This document shows positions 12,287-27,540 of a DNA stretch of 64,000 bases, in pieces. Below the pieces are notes generated by a model. It was not told the DNA's origin. It did not search any database and saw nothing but the letters and a program-made list of their open reading frames with translations. Source of the stretch: Selaginella moellendorffii (Eukaryota; Plantae; Lycopodiophyta). The stretch is taken from assembly GCF_000143415.4 (NCBI RefSeq), contig NW_003314284.1, positions 1 to 64,000 on the forward strand. Direction: 5' to 3'. Made by a program: the position numbers and the translations under genes. The stretch's first letter is position 1. Each line of letters begins with the position of its first letter.

Positions 12287-15033
12287 ATGTGCTGGTATCG
12301 CCGCTCGCTCCGCGCGCTTCTCCTTGCGGCGGTTGTGATTTCGGTAGCTAGAGCGCAGCGAGGTCCAGCGCCAGCGCCATCCGCCACACCGGTGGGGTCT
12401 TCGTGGAAAACGTTAACGGGTACGTTAGGTGCTCGCTTCTTTCTATCCCCATTAAAATCGTCCCTCTTTCAGGTGCCAAGCCTCTCGTCATCTCCAATGG
12501 CCAGTCGGGGGTTTTCTCCGACCAGACCTTAAGATCCTACGCCGATGCGCTCAAGAAAACTTCCGGCGGCATTGCGCTCTACTGTGACTTGCAGCTCTCC
12601 AAGGACGGGCAGCCCATTTGCAGAACGCAAATCGGCCTGGAAGCCACCACGAACATCGGGGACATTTTTCCAGGAGCTAACTCCACTTACATTGTCAATG
12701 GCGAGCCTATCAATGGCTATTTTGCCGTGGACTTCACGTCCATCCAGCTGAGCAACGTCACGGGTATGTTTCTGTTCGTTGCTCGTTCCTGAATGTTAAG
12801 TGATTTTCTGCAGCTAGACAAGGACCTCTCAGTCGTCCTGCTACTTTCGATGGCGATCCGCTTGCGTCTCCCGATATGGTTGCCGGGCTTTTGGCTAGCT
12901 ATACGAATACGACTGGACTGCCGGGCCTGCTTTGGCTGAACGTTGAGGTATAAGTCTAAGAAAATGATTGCGTTGGCTGATGTGTTTTCTTTCTTTTTTC
13001 TCAGTACTGTAAATTTTATGATGATCGGAAGATCAACATGACATCCTACGTGTTGTCAACTTTAAGAAATCTTTCCCCTGACTACATTTCTACGCCTGAG
13101 CTGGGACTTCTCAGGACCCTGCGCTCTCGTGCCAGCAGTAGAAGCAGAACAAAAATCGTTTTGAAGGTTAATGATCTTACGGACCCTGAACCGACAACGA
13201 ATCAGACGTATGCAGCTCTATTGGCAAACCTCACAAACATTAGAACCTTGACATCTGGAATTCTGGTATCCAAAAGTTTGATAAGAACCTTCAATCCGAC
13301 TACGCTTCTCTTGGAAAATCCTACCACTATTGTCCAAGATGCTCACCGGGCAAGGCTTGAAGTACATGCATTCGGTTTTGCTAACGATCAATATCCTAAC
13401 AGCTACAACTACAGCTTCGATCCTATTAGAGAGATACTCTACTTTATCGATGATCCCAGTTTTGCCGTCGATGGCGTTTCTTCGGACTTTCCAACAACAG
13501 CATCTCTGGCAATAGGTAATAATTCTGTCTCCGCAATTTATTTTATGAATGGTTTCGCTTGTTTTATAGATTGTTATGGGAACCAAAATGGTGGAAAATC
13601 TCCGGAAGCGAGTGGTAGGCATATCTGAATTTATCATTTTGATATGACAGGGTACTCACTTGTCTGCTGCTATCAGATAAAGTGATTGCACCGTTTAAAA
13701 GCAAGCGAGTTATAACCCACAACGGAGGAGACAGCGGAAATTATCCCGGCTCGACTCGTCTTGCTTATAGCAGTGCGATCGGCAAGGGAGCCGATTACAT
13801 CGATTGCATCGTTCAGATGACCAAAGATGGAGTGGCTATATGTACACAATCACCTGACCTTCTACTCAACACAGATGTAAGTGCCACTCCACTGCTATCG
13901 CGCACGAAGACCTATGAATCCCTGCAAGACGCACCCGGGATTTTCACGTTTGATTTCACATGGGACGAAATCAAGTCGCTGAAAGGTCTGGTTTTCATTG
14001 CATGGTTTTCTCCTTAGTTACAAAATCGCTTTCAGCCAAAATATACAATCCCGAAAGTGCTATTGTACGAAACAAAGCAAACGATGGTACCCAGAGTCTT
14101 CTCACGCTATCCGACTTTCTGAACATTACTAAGGACAGCCCAAACGTTGGCGTTTATTTGGTCTTGCAGGTATCTTCCTCGCTTAGCTTGCATTGCATGT
14201 TTCAGATCTTATTTGCATTGTTATTGCAGAGAGCATATCTTCTGAATGGAACATTTGGCATTGATACGGTAGCAGCTGTCTCAGCGGCTTTAAGACAGGC
14301 AGGATTTACCAACACCTCAAATGTGGTAATTCAATCCGAGGACGCGACCGTTTTGCGAGCGCTTCGCAATCTTGTCTCGGCTGAGTTAATATACAGCGTT
14401 CCGGGAAACAAGACGTTGACAGACGCGGTACTGGAAGAAATTAAGCAGTTTGCCAGCGGTGTAGCCGTTCCGAGATCTCTCGTCAGTCCGACTGCTGATT
14501 CGTTTCTCACCGTGCCCACAGACGTTGTAGAACGCGTGCACAACCACAGCTTATCCGTGGTCGTTGTATACTTCAGGAATCCGTTTACTACCATACCCTT
14601 CGACTTTCTTGCGGATCCAACTCTGGAGCTCAACACTTACGTGCAGTTTTACGACATCGACGGGATTGTGACCGACTTCCCCGAGACTGCAAAGTCATAC
14701 TTGAGTAAGTTTTGTTTTGTTGGAGCTTTATGGATGCACTTACACATTTGTTTGTCTCTACCTTTGTTTGCAGCTAATCGCTGTGTTTCTCGAGGCTCGA
14801 GCAGCAGCTCTCCGATTCCACTTATACTGCCGGGTGATCTGGGCCTGGCTCCCCCGCCCGCGGGTGCGCCATTTCCAGCACTAGACGTAGCGGAGCCGCC
14901 GCTCCCTTCGCTTGCGCAGCCTCCAGCTCCGGCTCCATCTTCCACTCGGAGCTCCAGTACAGGCACTCTTCCCGGACTCCAGCTCGTCACGGCCTGCCTT
15001 GTCGCTTCTTTCCTCGGGAGACACTTGCTATGA
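12287..15033 (+). CDS. Glycerophosphodiester phosphodiesterase-like protein (GDPDL/SHV3-like), two GDPD domains, signal peptide and probable GPI-anchor signal
   Basis: SSWKTLTG..PLVIS.GQSGVF.DQT, CDLQLSKDG..IC, VDGVSSDFP.TAS, GADYIDC.VQMTKDG, DGIVTDFPETA; Pro-rich linker and hydrophobic C-terminus. Confidence 0.93.
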
Positions 15034-15487
15034 AGTGGAGAACATTCGCAACGACAACAAGCTTGGAAGACGACGACGACGCAAATGTAGAGGTACCGGT
15101 CCCATCAGAGGATTGTTTTGTTTTTCCTCTCTCTCTCTCTCTCTCTCTCGTGTTACATTCGGCGTTACATTTGGTAGAAGACTGTTTGTGAATTCACTGA
15201 GCATTCCAGGCCAGGAAAGAAGTCGAAAGAACTCGATAACTCTCTCTCTCTTGCTCGCTGCTCGTCATCATATATCCATCAAAGACGCTGGCTGTATGTA
15301 TAAATATTTACAGGCTTACGATCGAGCGACACCATTTCATTCAAATTCCTTTCCATTCATGTCGTCGTGAAAGCTGCTGCTGTGAATTAGGTGGATTTTG
15401 TTTTCTCACAGTGGCAGGGAGCAAAGTTTTTGCTCGTCCTCGAGAGGGAAAGAGACTTAAATGAAAGGAGACACGTTTGCAATGAAA

Positions 15488-15760
15488 GGTGGTGGCGGCG
15501 GCGGTGGTGGTGGTGGTGCACGTGGTGAAATGTGGTATGTTGTGTGGTAGTGGTTGGTGGTGGGAGAGTGATGGTGGCGGTGGTGAGAAAGTGGTGGTGG
15601 TGAGGGCAGTAGTGGTGATGGTGGTGGTGGTGAGAAGTGGTGGAGGTGGTGGGAAAGTAGTGGTGAGAAGTGGTGAGAAAGTGGTGATGGTGGCGGTGGT
15701 GAGGGGTGGTGGCGGTGAGGGGTATAGCAATGGTGGTGGTGGTGACGGTGATGGTTGGCG
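15488..15760. repeat. Degenerate (GGT/ACC)n low-complexity tract
   Basis: About 270 bp of interrupted GGT triplets, open in several frames. Confidence 0.8.
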
Positions 15761-16570
15761 GCATCTCATAATACGATACAAATGCGCGGCTTTTTCAACC
15801 ACCACACGCAACACGCGCACACAGCTTGCTTGCCTGCTTGCATTGTTTCCTTTCTCCACAAAGATCAAAGGAAAAAGTTGGCGAGAACTTTGAATGAGCG
15901 ACAAGGCTGTAGCCATCAACCAAAATCTCTCATGTGGCTATGGTTTGTTAGCGTTGGGTGATTAGAATATGCGCCGTTTTCCCGCGGGGATAGAATATCC
16001 CGGTGCCGGCGGAGACGGAGCGGAACGGTTGCCAGGCTGGCACCTGCGAGGCGGAGGGTCGGCAGACGGAGCCGTCAGTTCCGAGCCTGCAGTTTCGCCC
16101 GAGCCTGGCCCCGAAGCTGGCCAGAGTATTTGCTGTTCTTGGAAACGCTTTAGTCTTCCTTTCGGCGCCTCCGCGTGAAAGAGAAGAGAGAAAGAAAGAG
16201 AAGGGAGAGCGCTAGCTAGGTTGGCATTGCTGTGTTGCTCTCCTCCTCTAGCGCGTTCTTGGCGGCACGGGGATTTCGTGGCGATTTCGAGCACCCAGAG
16301 CTGGAGCCAGATTCTAGCTAGCTACATTCCAGATCGCTCGCCTCCTTGCATCCGATTCGCGGCGGATCTTGGCGCCGCGGCGCGGTTTGGCAGTCCCGGG
16401 GCCGGATCTTGGAAGAAATATCGATATTTCGGTGCCAGGGGGGAGGGTTTTGGGGCACGCGATCCGTCCAGCATTGTTCATGAGAAGGTAAGATTCTTTC
16501 TTCCACAGCAAGCACAGCATCGATCGATACTTATCTCGCCGCTCACACTTGGTTCTTTCTCAATCCCTAG

Positions 16571-16915
16571 ATGGCCAGCTCCATCATCAGCAAGCACTGG
16601 CGCCTGTGCTTGTTAGCGGTAGTGTGTGCGCTCCTGGCGGTGCGAACGTCGAGCTCGCAGGGCCTGGGCAGCGGCGGCAGCGTTGGCGGTGGTGGCGGCA
16701 TCGACGAATTCTTGCTGGATACGGAAATTCATGGCAGATTTCTTGCGAGCCGCCAGACCTACATCAGCTATGGCTCGCTAACGGCGGATCGAGTGCCCTG
16801 CCCTCCAATGTCGGGCAACTCGTACTACAATCCTCGATGCAACCGCGGTGGCGCCGCCAATCCTTACAAGCGCGGCTGCTCCACCATCGCTCACTGCCGG
16901 AGAGAAGTGAACTAG
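16571..16915 (+). CDS. RALF: RALF (rapid alkalinization factor) peptide precursor, 114 aa
   Basis: Signal peptide, acidic pro-region, YISY motif, VPC...SYYN..C..ANPY.RGCS.IA.CRR with four Cys. A probable 5'UTR intron (16488-16570) ends right at the ATG. Confidence 0.95.
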   Translation: MASSIISKHWRLCLLAVVCALLAVRTSSSQGLGSGGSVGGGGGIDEFLLDTEIHGRFLASRQTYISYGSLTADRVPCPPMSGNSYYNPRCNRGGAANPYKRGCSTIAHCRREVN

Positions 16916-17662
16916 ATCACACACATCTCTCGATTGGATTCCAGGCAAGTGTGTTTGCTTTAGCTATAAGAATTGGTCTAGCTGGGGTGGTAGAAGGTTA
17001 TAGATTTCGCAGGATGGGAAGAAGAAACTAAACAGGGATAGGGAGCTACGAGTTCTACGAACGAATTGGGGGAGGGGCATAGAACAGATCGAAGTGGCTT
17101 CTGGAACAAGAAGAAGAAACTACAAAGCTGCCAACTAAAGATTTTAGTATGGAGCTCCGCGAGCGTTACAGATATCAAAGGCTTTCTGGGCGATGGCTGG
17201 CAGGGCGAGCGAGCATTGATCGACTGGAGGCGCTCGAATGGGATTTGCTGAGAAGGGCCAGCAAGCGCAGATGGTTGACGATCTGGAAGAGGAGATAATG
17301 GAAGAAGAACTCGCCGCGCGCGCGGCAGAGCTTACACCAGGTGGAAAAATAAGTCAGTGTGGATCAAGCGAAGAAAGGAAAGGGGGCTTGTCTGTCTGGC
17401 TGTGCACATTGGATTCCCTCCCCCCTCTTCACTGTCACAATTAGGGGTGGTTTTATTTCTCTCTATTCTCTCTTTTTTTCCCCTCTTTTATTAATTTTTT
17501 TATTTTCGCTCTCATGAGTGTTTCCTTTTTTTGTTGCGTTTCTCTTTTTCTTTATAAATTCTTTTTCTTTCCTTTTGGTGAAAGCCCTAGCCCTAATTTT
17601 TTAGGTTGTGTCCACGCTGGCAGAAAAATACGGTTGCCGGCTGACAGTTCAGCGGGCGTTTT

Positions 17663-19440
<1,778 letters not shown>

Positions 19441-22046
19441 CCATATTTTTTCTTCTTCTTTTTTCTTCCTTTCATAGCTACAAGAACTAGAAATAGTGCA
19501 GAGAAAGAAAAGCCAAATTGTATTATTACCACAAGGAATAAATGCATACGTTTTCTAAATTGTTCTGGCTTGAAGAATTGGCAAAGGGAAAAAACAAGGC
19601 CTTTTTCATACTTTACCAAAATCCTGGAAATAAAAAAGTGGCCAAAACTCAAACTTCTAGGCTAGGCTTTTGGTTGGATGGTGTATTCATCCCATTCCAC
19701 TACAAACAACAGTAGCTTTTATTGGAGTTTGCTTGGGGCTCTACTCTCCTTTTTTTTCTTTTCTTTTTATTTGTTAAAGCTTTTCGTTCTTCAAGAAAAA
19801 AGAAGGCCCATTGCATTCATTTGAAATATATTTATTTTTTCTCAAGACAGCTCATATGTTCTCCAAGTCAAGAAACACAACATTATTCAAAGCAAATCAA
19901 TCAAGCCCTCCCCCAATTTGCTTGTCCCAAATTCAGGAAAGTGGTTTCTATAGTCCTCAAGGAACATGCAAAATTTCGGGGGACTGCCCAAATGCCAGTG
20001 CAAAGGGTCAATACTATGCCTCTGTATAATTGTTGGTGCATTTAGAGAAAGTTTGAAAGCAAAGTTTAGTGTAAACAAGTGGATCTTTCCTATAATTGTG
20101 TCTCTTGATAGGGGACTATGTGTGTCATTTTTATTTTGGCCTGTCTTTAGACTTTGAATCAACTGTGTTCAAATTCAACATATGCCAGCTTCCTCCATTT
20201 TCTAAGATTTCTTTTATAATAAACATATTTTACTTTGTATTTATTGTGCATGCCTTTCTGTAGCAAATGGCATCTGAAAACTCCAAAAAGGCTCAAACAA
20301 ACATTTGTATTTGCATTAGTGGAGTGTTAGTTGGAGTTGATCAGTCTCGCCAGCAAGCAGGCATATGGTAGAATTGTTATTATTTTTTTATTTCTTATAT
20401 TTATTTATTTATCCTGTTCCTTCAATCTTGCTTTTGCAAAATATTTTAGCATTTCATAAGTTTAGAGTTCAAGTTACATTTCACATCTCTCAATGGAAGT
20501 CTGAAACATTATAAAATCTATGAAAGATGCTCCTCACAGTTTCTATATTATTTGTGTGTGTGAGTGTGAGGAAGATGATGATTTCTAAAAATTACTCAAA
20601 AGTTCTTCGAGTCTCATAGACACCAATTCTTATCCTGCACACAACTCCAAGTTCATCTCCTTAAAACACCAACAAGTTTCCTTTTCCAAATAGCAATCAC
20701 GCCTTTACCATATTTAAATCCAATACCTTGCTTCCATTACAATTTTTATTTGCCCTGGTGTTTACTATTTTTATTAGCGATGTGAACGTCCCAAGAGAAC
20801 GACAAGGTGTGATAATCTCTGAAATAAAATAATCTAGAGAGAGACACAAATGAATCTCGCGCAAAAAACTAATAAATTTTCATATATTAAAAAGAGAAAA
20901 GGCTTTTCTTATTTCATCGGAAACCATAAAGTAAAAGACGTATCGCTTTTCCGGAGAGAATTCAAAATCGCAGCCCGCTCCATGCTTGAAGCATGTGCAT
21001 AGTGCCACCGTACAACAAACCCCATGGGCCATTTGCGACCATATGACCAGGGGGCGTAATACGGCAGGGGTGCACGAGTGGAAAAGGCACCCACTGCCAG
21101 CCCCAGAATATCCAAATCCAATGCCCGTCAGCCCTGCATCGCCTGACCCATTCTGACCCGGAATCGCCGTGCAAATTCCGGAAATGCGCGGTCAAGATCG
21201 TATGCAGGTGGCGCGCCAAGGTATAAATACTCCCGCGTATAATACCAGTCCATATACGGCGTAGAGGGGCTAGATTCTTTGACAATCTTGGGACCCTCCC
21301 CTGTTTGAGGCCATGTCCATTTTCTCAATTCCCTCCCATTTGAGAGTATAGAGTATGAAAGGGAAGTACACAGACACAATAGAGACTGGCAAGATCATCA
21401 AATAGGCCCATCCACCAAAATCCAGGCACACTCCACTCCAGATATATATAAACCCTAGCAAGCTTCTTCTCCTCCTTCTTCCTGGCCATACCAACAAAGA
21501 CAAAGCTGATTGATTGATTGATTTTGATTCACATCACTTACAATCTCTCTCTCTCCTTTTGCTCCATCTTAATTCCAAGTGAGATTGCTCCAGGGGGAGC
21601 AGTTTCTTTTCTTTTCCCCCTTTTTTGTTATATATTGTTTTCTTTCCTCTCTTTTTTTCTCGCGTTTTTTTTTTTTCCGGTTCGAGGGCAGCCAGCCATG
21701 ATCGAATCCAAATCCGGTGAAGAGGTGGCGCGGAGGCGATGCAGCTGGAGATGGAGTTAAGACCAGGCGGTGAGAAGCTCCTCCTCCTTTTTTCTCCTGG
21801 TGATGATCGTGAGCTAGAACAGGGAAATGATGGATTGATTGCTTGATCCCCAAGGGCGAGAAGGGAAGAGATCGTGACAAGGGATTGAGAAGCAAACAAA
21901 AAGGGTGGAAGATCGCGGGAGTGGAAGCAGTCGAATCTAAAAGTCCAAAAGAGCCGGGAGGAGGAAGACGAAGAATCCTTCCATCTCTATCCCCTCGCGC
22001 GCGCGCTTTGCTCTCGCCATTCTCATCTCCCTCTCTCATATGCTGC

Positions 22047-24319
22047 ATGGAAGCGAAGGATCCCTCCGGCGGTGCTAGCGCTGCTACTCCTCCCTCGCTC
22101 GCGGCGCTTCCGCTCCTCACAGCCGGCAACCACGCCGCCGCGGACTGCAAGACGAGCATCGATCTGAGGCGAGGAACAGTCGCGCCCGATCCCCCTGTAG
22201 TCGCCACAGCACCACCATTGCCCGGAGGAGGAGAAGGAGGAGGAGGATCCAGCTCCAGCAAGAACCCTAGTTCCTCGTCGTCGCCCCCGGGAGGAGCTGC
22301 AATGGCACCACCACCCATGATGATGATGATCCAGCAGCAGCAAAGCAGCAGCAACAATGGGAATGGGAATGGATCCAGCGGTGGTGGCACGGCGAGCGCG
22401 AGCGCGGGCGCGGCGATGAGCAGCGGCAGCCCATTCTCTCACGGATCGGCGCTGACGCTGGGCAGCGGTCCCTTGCTCAAGCGCAAGCGCGGGAGGCCCA
22501 GGAAGTATGTGGAGGGGACGACGTCAAGCCAGTCGCCAGTGCTCATCATGGGCTCCTCGCCGCCGCCGCCGCTGCCCAATCCATCCCCGCCACCGGTGTC
22601 GGGCATCTCGGCCATCTCCGGGCTGCCCACCCCGCCCAGCCCGCTGGGCGTCGCGCTCGCGCTCGCGCCGCTAGCCGCCGCCTCCAACGCCGCCGCCGCG
22701 TCGCAGCTCCCCTTCGCCACCGCCGCCGCCACTCCTCCGCCAGCCTCGGGGGAGAAGAAGCGAGGGAGGCCGCCGGGCACTGGCAAGAAGCAGCAGCTTG
22801 CCGCCTTGGGTAAGTGAAGAAAGCTTTGTTTTTTTTTGCTCGTTCTCTCTTTCCTTCTCTCTTAGCTTAGCAGTGGAAGCTTGGATGATCATCAAAATCG
22901 TGCTTTGCTTTGCTTGGCTCTTTGCTTTGGCTTGAATGGTCGTGTTTGGGTGGAAGATTATGATCGGTGGATCTTTGTGCTTGTTTCCTTTTTTTCCTTG
23001 GGATCTATTGTCGACAGCTTGCTTGCTTGCGTGCTCCATCGCCCACGTAGTTTTTATCTCTTCTTCTCCTCGAGCGCATTCATCCGGCACTGTTTAGCTA
23101 CTACTTACTGTTGCATGGGATCAGACAGGATCCAAGTCCATCTCTTTCGTGCCAGAAAAAAGAGTCGCTCCCATTTGATTTGCGTTCCTCTTTTCCTTTT
23201 CTGCCCTTTATCTCCTCCTCTTTTTCCTCTCTTTTCTTCCTTGGTTTGATCCCTTTTTCTCCTTTTTTTTTTCCTCTTTTTTTTCTCTCTTTCAGGTGCG
23301 TGGCTCGCAGGATCTGCAGGTCAAGGCTTCACTCCGCATGTCATTACAATTGCTGCAGGCGAGGTACTTAATCACAAAGTCTGCCACCTTAATCTTAATC
23401 TCGGCGATCGCTTATCCAGGATGTGGCGACCAGGATCATCTCGTTTGCGCAGATCGGGCCCCGGGCCACCTGCGTACTCTCTGCAAACGGGGCCATCTCT
23501 AACGTAACACTCCGCCAGCCCGCCACCTCGGGGGGCACTGTAACATACGAGGTATGATCAACATGGATAGTTTTGCCTGATTGGTCCAATATCCAATATC
23601 GGTCCCTCCTTGCAGGGACGCTTCGAGATTTTGTCACTCTCGGGTTCCTTCCTCCTCACCGAGAACGGTAACACCAAGAGCAGGAGCGGCGGCCTGAGCG
23701 TCTCGCTGGCCGGGCCCGACGGACGCGTCATAGGTGGTAGTGTCGCGGGCTTGCTCGTAGCCGCAAGCCCAGTCCAGGTAACACAATCCAATCCACTTCA
23801 TGGCTCACTCTTTTTTTCTTGATTTTCGTGATGATGGATCGGAGCCTCGTCTTGCAGGTCGTCGTAGGAAGTTTTATAGCCGAGACGCGCAAGCCACCCC
23901 AAGTCCAAGTCCGCCCAACCTCGGGTTCCTCCAGCGAGATGCTGTCCGGGGTGGCGAACTCGCCCATGGCCTCGCCCATGTCCACGGCCACGAGGCCACC
24001 GCTGGGAGCCAGTCCTCTCAACGACGCTGGCCATGCCACCGCCACCACCGCCATGGCCACCACCACCACCACCACCACCACCAACTTGAATAACACCAAT
24101 GCCAACGCCAGTGCCAGTGCCAACGCCAACAACAGCAGCAGCAATGCCAACAACAGCAGCAGCGATGGCAATGCCAGCAACAATAATAACTCGTCGCCGG
24201 TTCACCACCACCACCACCACCACCACCATATGGCTTGGTCTTCCAGCCCAGGTGATGAGCAGCAGAATCAAGGTGGTGGGCACGGAACTGATATCAACAT
24301 CTCGCTACCGGGATCGTAA
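22047..24319 (+). CDS. AT-hook motif nuclear-localized protein (AHL, two AT-hooks + PPC/DUF296), multi-exon
   Basis: [10 protein letters not shown] and [10 protein letters not shown] hooks; [60 protein letters not shown]. Confidence 0.95.
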
Positions 24320-25559
24320 TGCCATCTTCATTCAACAACAACAACAGCAACAGCAACAACATCACCAAAAAAAAAGGAAAAAAAAAAATGAAAGACAAAA
24401 TGGAAGAAAGAATGCGTGACAGCAAAGGTGGCGGGCAGCAGCTTCTTCTAACTGGAAAACAACACAAACAACCGAGAATTTTTTTCCTTTCTTTCTTTTG
24501 GTTTCCTTTCAAATTTTTTTAAATGTTTCCCCTTGTTTTTTCCTTCTTTTTTTTGTGCTGATTTCGTCGTTCATCGTGTTTTAATTTTCTTTTTTGGTAG
24601 TGGTGCATGAGAGTCAAGCCAGCCAGCCAGCCAGCCGGCGTGTTTGTTTCTATTTTTTTTTTAGTTTCTTTATTTCTTTCCTTTTTGGTTGCTTGTAAAT
24701 CTCGGGTATGGCCTCGGGGCTCGCTCTGCAGCGGTGCTTTTATTTATCTTTTATCTTTTCTCTTTTCTTGGTTTGCTTGTTGTCTTCATCGACGAACACA
24801 AGGAAGTTAACAGATTCTTCATTTTTTTTGGCGAAGTAAGTTTTTTTTCTACTATAATAAAGGCTAGCGGAGCCCGCGACTTTGAATTTCAGGTTTGAAC
24901 AATGTGGCCCAGCCCGGATTTTTTTTCTATTCTATTCATAATGATTTCATTAAACAAAATACCATGACAAGAGTGATTAAACAACACCTGGTGCTAGCTG
25001 GAGCATTATGAAAGCTCTCAATTCGGAATTGATGGATCACAACAAAGAAAATGTGATTGTGGCTGATGCGGAGCATCCCCGAAAATGACACCATGTACAG
25101 GGAGAAGGAGAAGTATATAAAGTATCAAACGCTCCCATGGCTATAATTATTTGTAAGCAATTATTATAAAATTTTCACTAGTGGCATTGTTCCTCCATTT
25201 TGCTAGAGATTATAGCACAAATGCATATTGCTCAAGCAAGGCAAGAACAACTTCTGTCGTTTTAACGCGATGGCCAAGCGATTGAATTGGAGATGTTTGA
25301 TTCGCCTTACGCATTGCGTGGGCTTTTGTGTGGGATCACACAACACAGATTCTTGTTGCTTTTGTTTTGCTCCCTCCCTTGACACACAAGGACAGGGAAA
25401 GTTTGAGTTGGAAAGGAAACAGACTCTTTTGCCTATGGGGCTCTTGTGTTTTTCTTCTTTGCCACCCCTGCTTTGCTTGCTTGTCCGATCCTACAGCGAT
25501 TTTTCCTTTTTATTTCGCGCTATTTTGAAGATTTTTATTTGGGGCCAAAAAGGAGGAGA

Positions 25560-25659
25560 NNNNNNNNNNNNNNNNNNNNNNNNNNNNNNNNNNNNNNNNN
25601 NNNNNNNNNNNNNNNNNNNNNNNNNNNNNNNNNNNNNNNNNNNNNNNNNNNNNNNNNNN
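25560..25659. other. Assembly gap (100 N)
   Basis: Run of N; the true length is unknown. Confidence 0.99.
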
Positions 25660-27540
25660 TCACACGCCATGCAAGACGCATTTGCTGTGTCAATATTGCG
25701 TGTGTCGAGATCAGCGAGAAACAACGCTGATACACCTCCATTTTCTTGTTGTGCAAATCCAAGAGTGCTGTTCCTCTTCCATCTACCAACCTTTCAAAGC
25801 ACCCCTCCTAACCATTTTAGGGTTCTTGGGCTTCCTTGTTTGCTCCCCAGCGACACATTGGAATCTCAATGATTCAATCCCAACAGGTAGCCAACAAACG
25901 AATTCGGCAAATCGGTGGCTCGTGTATGGGCCAAGCATCGAATGATTCCCACCAAAAAATTTCCCGGAAAAAAGTTCGTGGGAGGAGCAAAAAAATTTCT
26001 TTTTTTCCTTCCACCAGCATAACGGCCCGAGATGAGATGAGCAGCGATGAATGAGAGATGGTCGATTATTCCGACAGAGCACAAGTTATAATGCACTGCC
26101 CCTTTGTTTTGTTTGACGCTTTCTTTGCCCGCAACACCCGCCACGTTTCCTGAGCACCGGCAAGCTTCACCACTTCCACGTGAATCCACGCACCACGTCG
26201 CGCGTTCGATTCCCATCCCGCCCATCTCCTTTGCTTTTTTAATTTTCCTCTCTCTCTCTCTCTCTCTCTCGCTTTGTTTCTTCTTCCATGGTTTTTAATC
26301 CTTGGATAAGTTTTCCCTGACACCTTTGCCATATAACGGGCCACAACAGAGTGAGATAAGCAAGAGTGCGTGCTTCACTCACTCACTCTTTTTCTTTGTT
26401 TTTCTGCCTTCTCCTTCCTCTTTTTTTTTATCTCGCTTGCAAGCGCGCTTGTCGACTTTATATAAAAATCTTTCCCTCTTTTGCCATCTGTGTGCGCGCT
26501 GCGTGCGACGCAGAGAAGATTCAAAGGCCTCATTCCAAAGCGAGGGCCGTTTTTTCAGAAATCTGCGCATTATGCGTAGAAACAAAAACCATGAAAACCA
26601 AAAAACCACCAGCTAAAGCTTGGAAAAACGAAAACTCACCTCTTCTCGCAGCTCGAGCGAGTCGAGGATATTCGTTCCCGGCAGCCATCATCTGAATAGC
26701 GTGCAAGCTACGCATGCCTCCCCCCACGTCACATAAAGCAAAGCGGAAACAAAAAGTACCTTAAGCCTTTCCTGTTGTTGTTGTTGTTGTGGTTCCTTCA
26801 CCTTTTTTTTCATCCTCCTCTTTTTTATTTTTCCGCTTAAACCATCCAGTCTCCAGTCCTGATTTCCAGTCGCTTGCTCCTCATGGTTTTTAACTGCTAG
26901 AAAAACTCCCTCTCATCAGAGACCAAAGCACAGGGAATAACAGTAACTTACACGAGCCAGCATCGGTACCAGAAGCAACAGCCCTTTGATAAATCCCCTC
27001 ATTTAAGCAGGAGACTCTTCTCATTACTTCCCCCAAAGAGAAGAGCTCAAGCACGTCCGTCTAGTGTTGTGTCGGTGTGTCCACCGCTCCCTCAAAAGCT
27101 AGAGATCATCAGTGAGTCAGTCCACCTTCGCAAGATCAGCAAATGACTCACCATGCGCGTCGATCGATGCATTCGTAGCAGTCAAACGTAAAAAGCGGCA
27201 AGCGATTTCTTTTTTTTTTTGCTCCAGCTCCTTTCCTCGTTTGTAATTCCATCTACGTGAAAGAGGACGGGTCCGAGAGAGATAAACATGTGTGGATGGT
27301 TAGCACAGTTTAGGAGGTACAGCAAAGCTTACCTGCACGTATTTGCCGCACGGGGAATGGGCCTTCAGCGGACAATTCTCAACGAGCAGCAGGATCGCCC
27401 GTCATCGCACTAGACATCTTCTTGCTTCTTCCTCTTTCTCGATAGCTCAGAGCTGGCTCCCACCAATTCTTCTTGCTTCAGTCGAACTTTCCTTTGATCT
27501 TTCTCCTCGAAGTTTGAGAATTTTGTCTGGCCTCTCGAAG

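Noticed and set aside
21569-24419. Long antisense and alternative-frame ORFs over AHL (also over tubulin, PPR and hydrolase genes)
   Set aside because: Shadow ORFs caused by GC-rich and triplet-repeat coding sequence.
25228-25872. ORFs spanning the N run
   Set aside because: Artefacts of translating through the assembly gap.
26091-26110. atgcactgcc resembles the start of miR408
   Set aside because: Only about 10 nt match and no fold-back is visible.
27070-27151. TGTCGG auxin-response-like site and inverted TGAGTCA pair upstream of LBD
   Set aside because: Isolated 6-8-mers cannot be distinguished from chance without conservation data.
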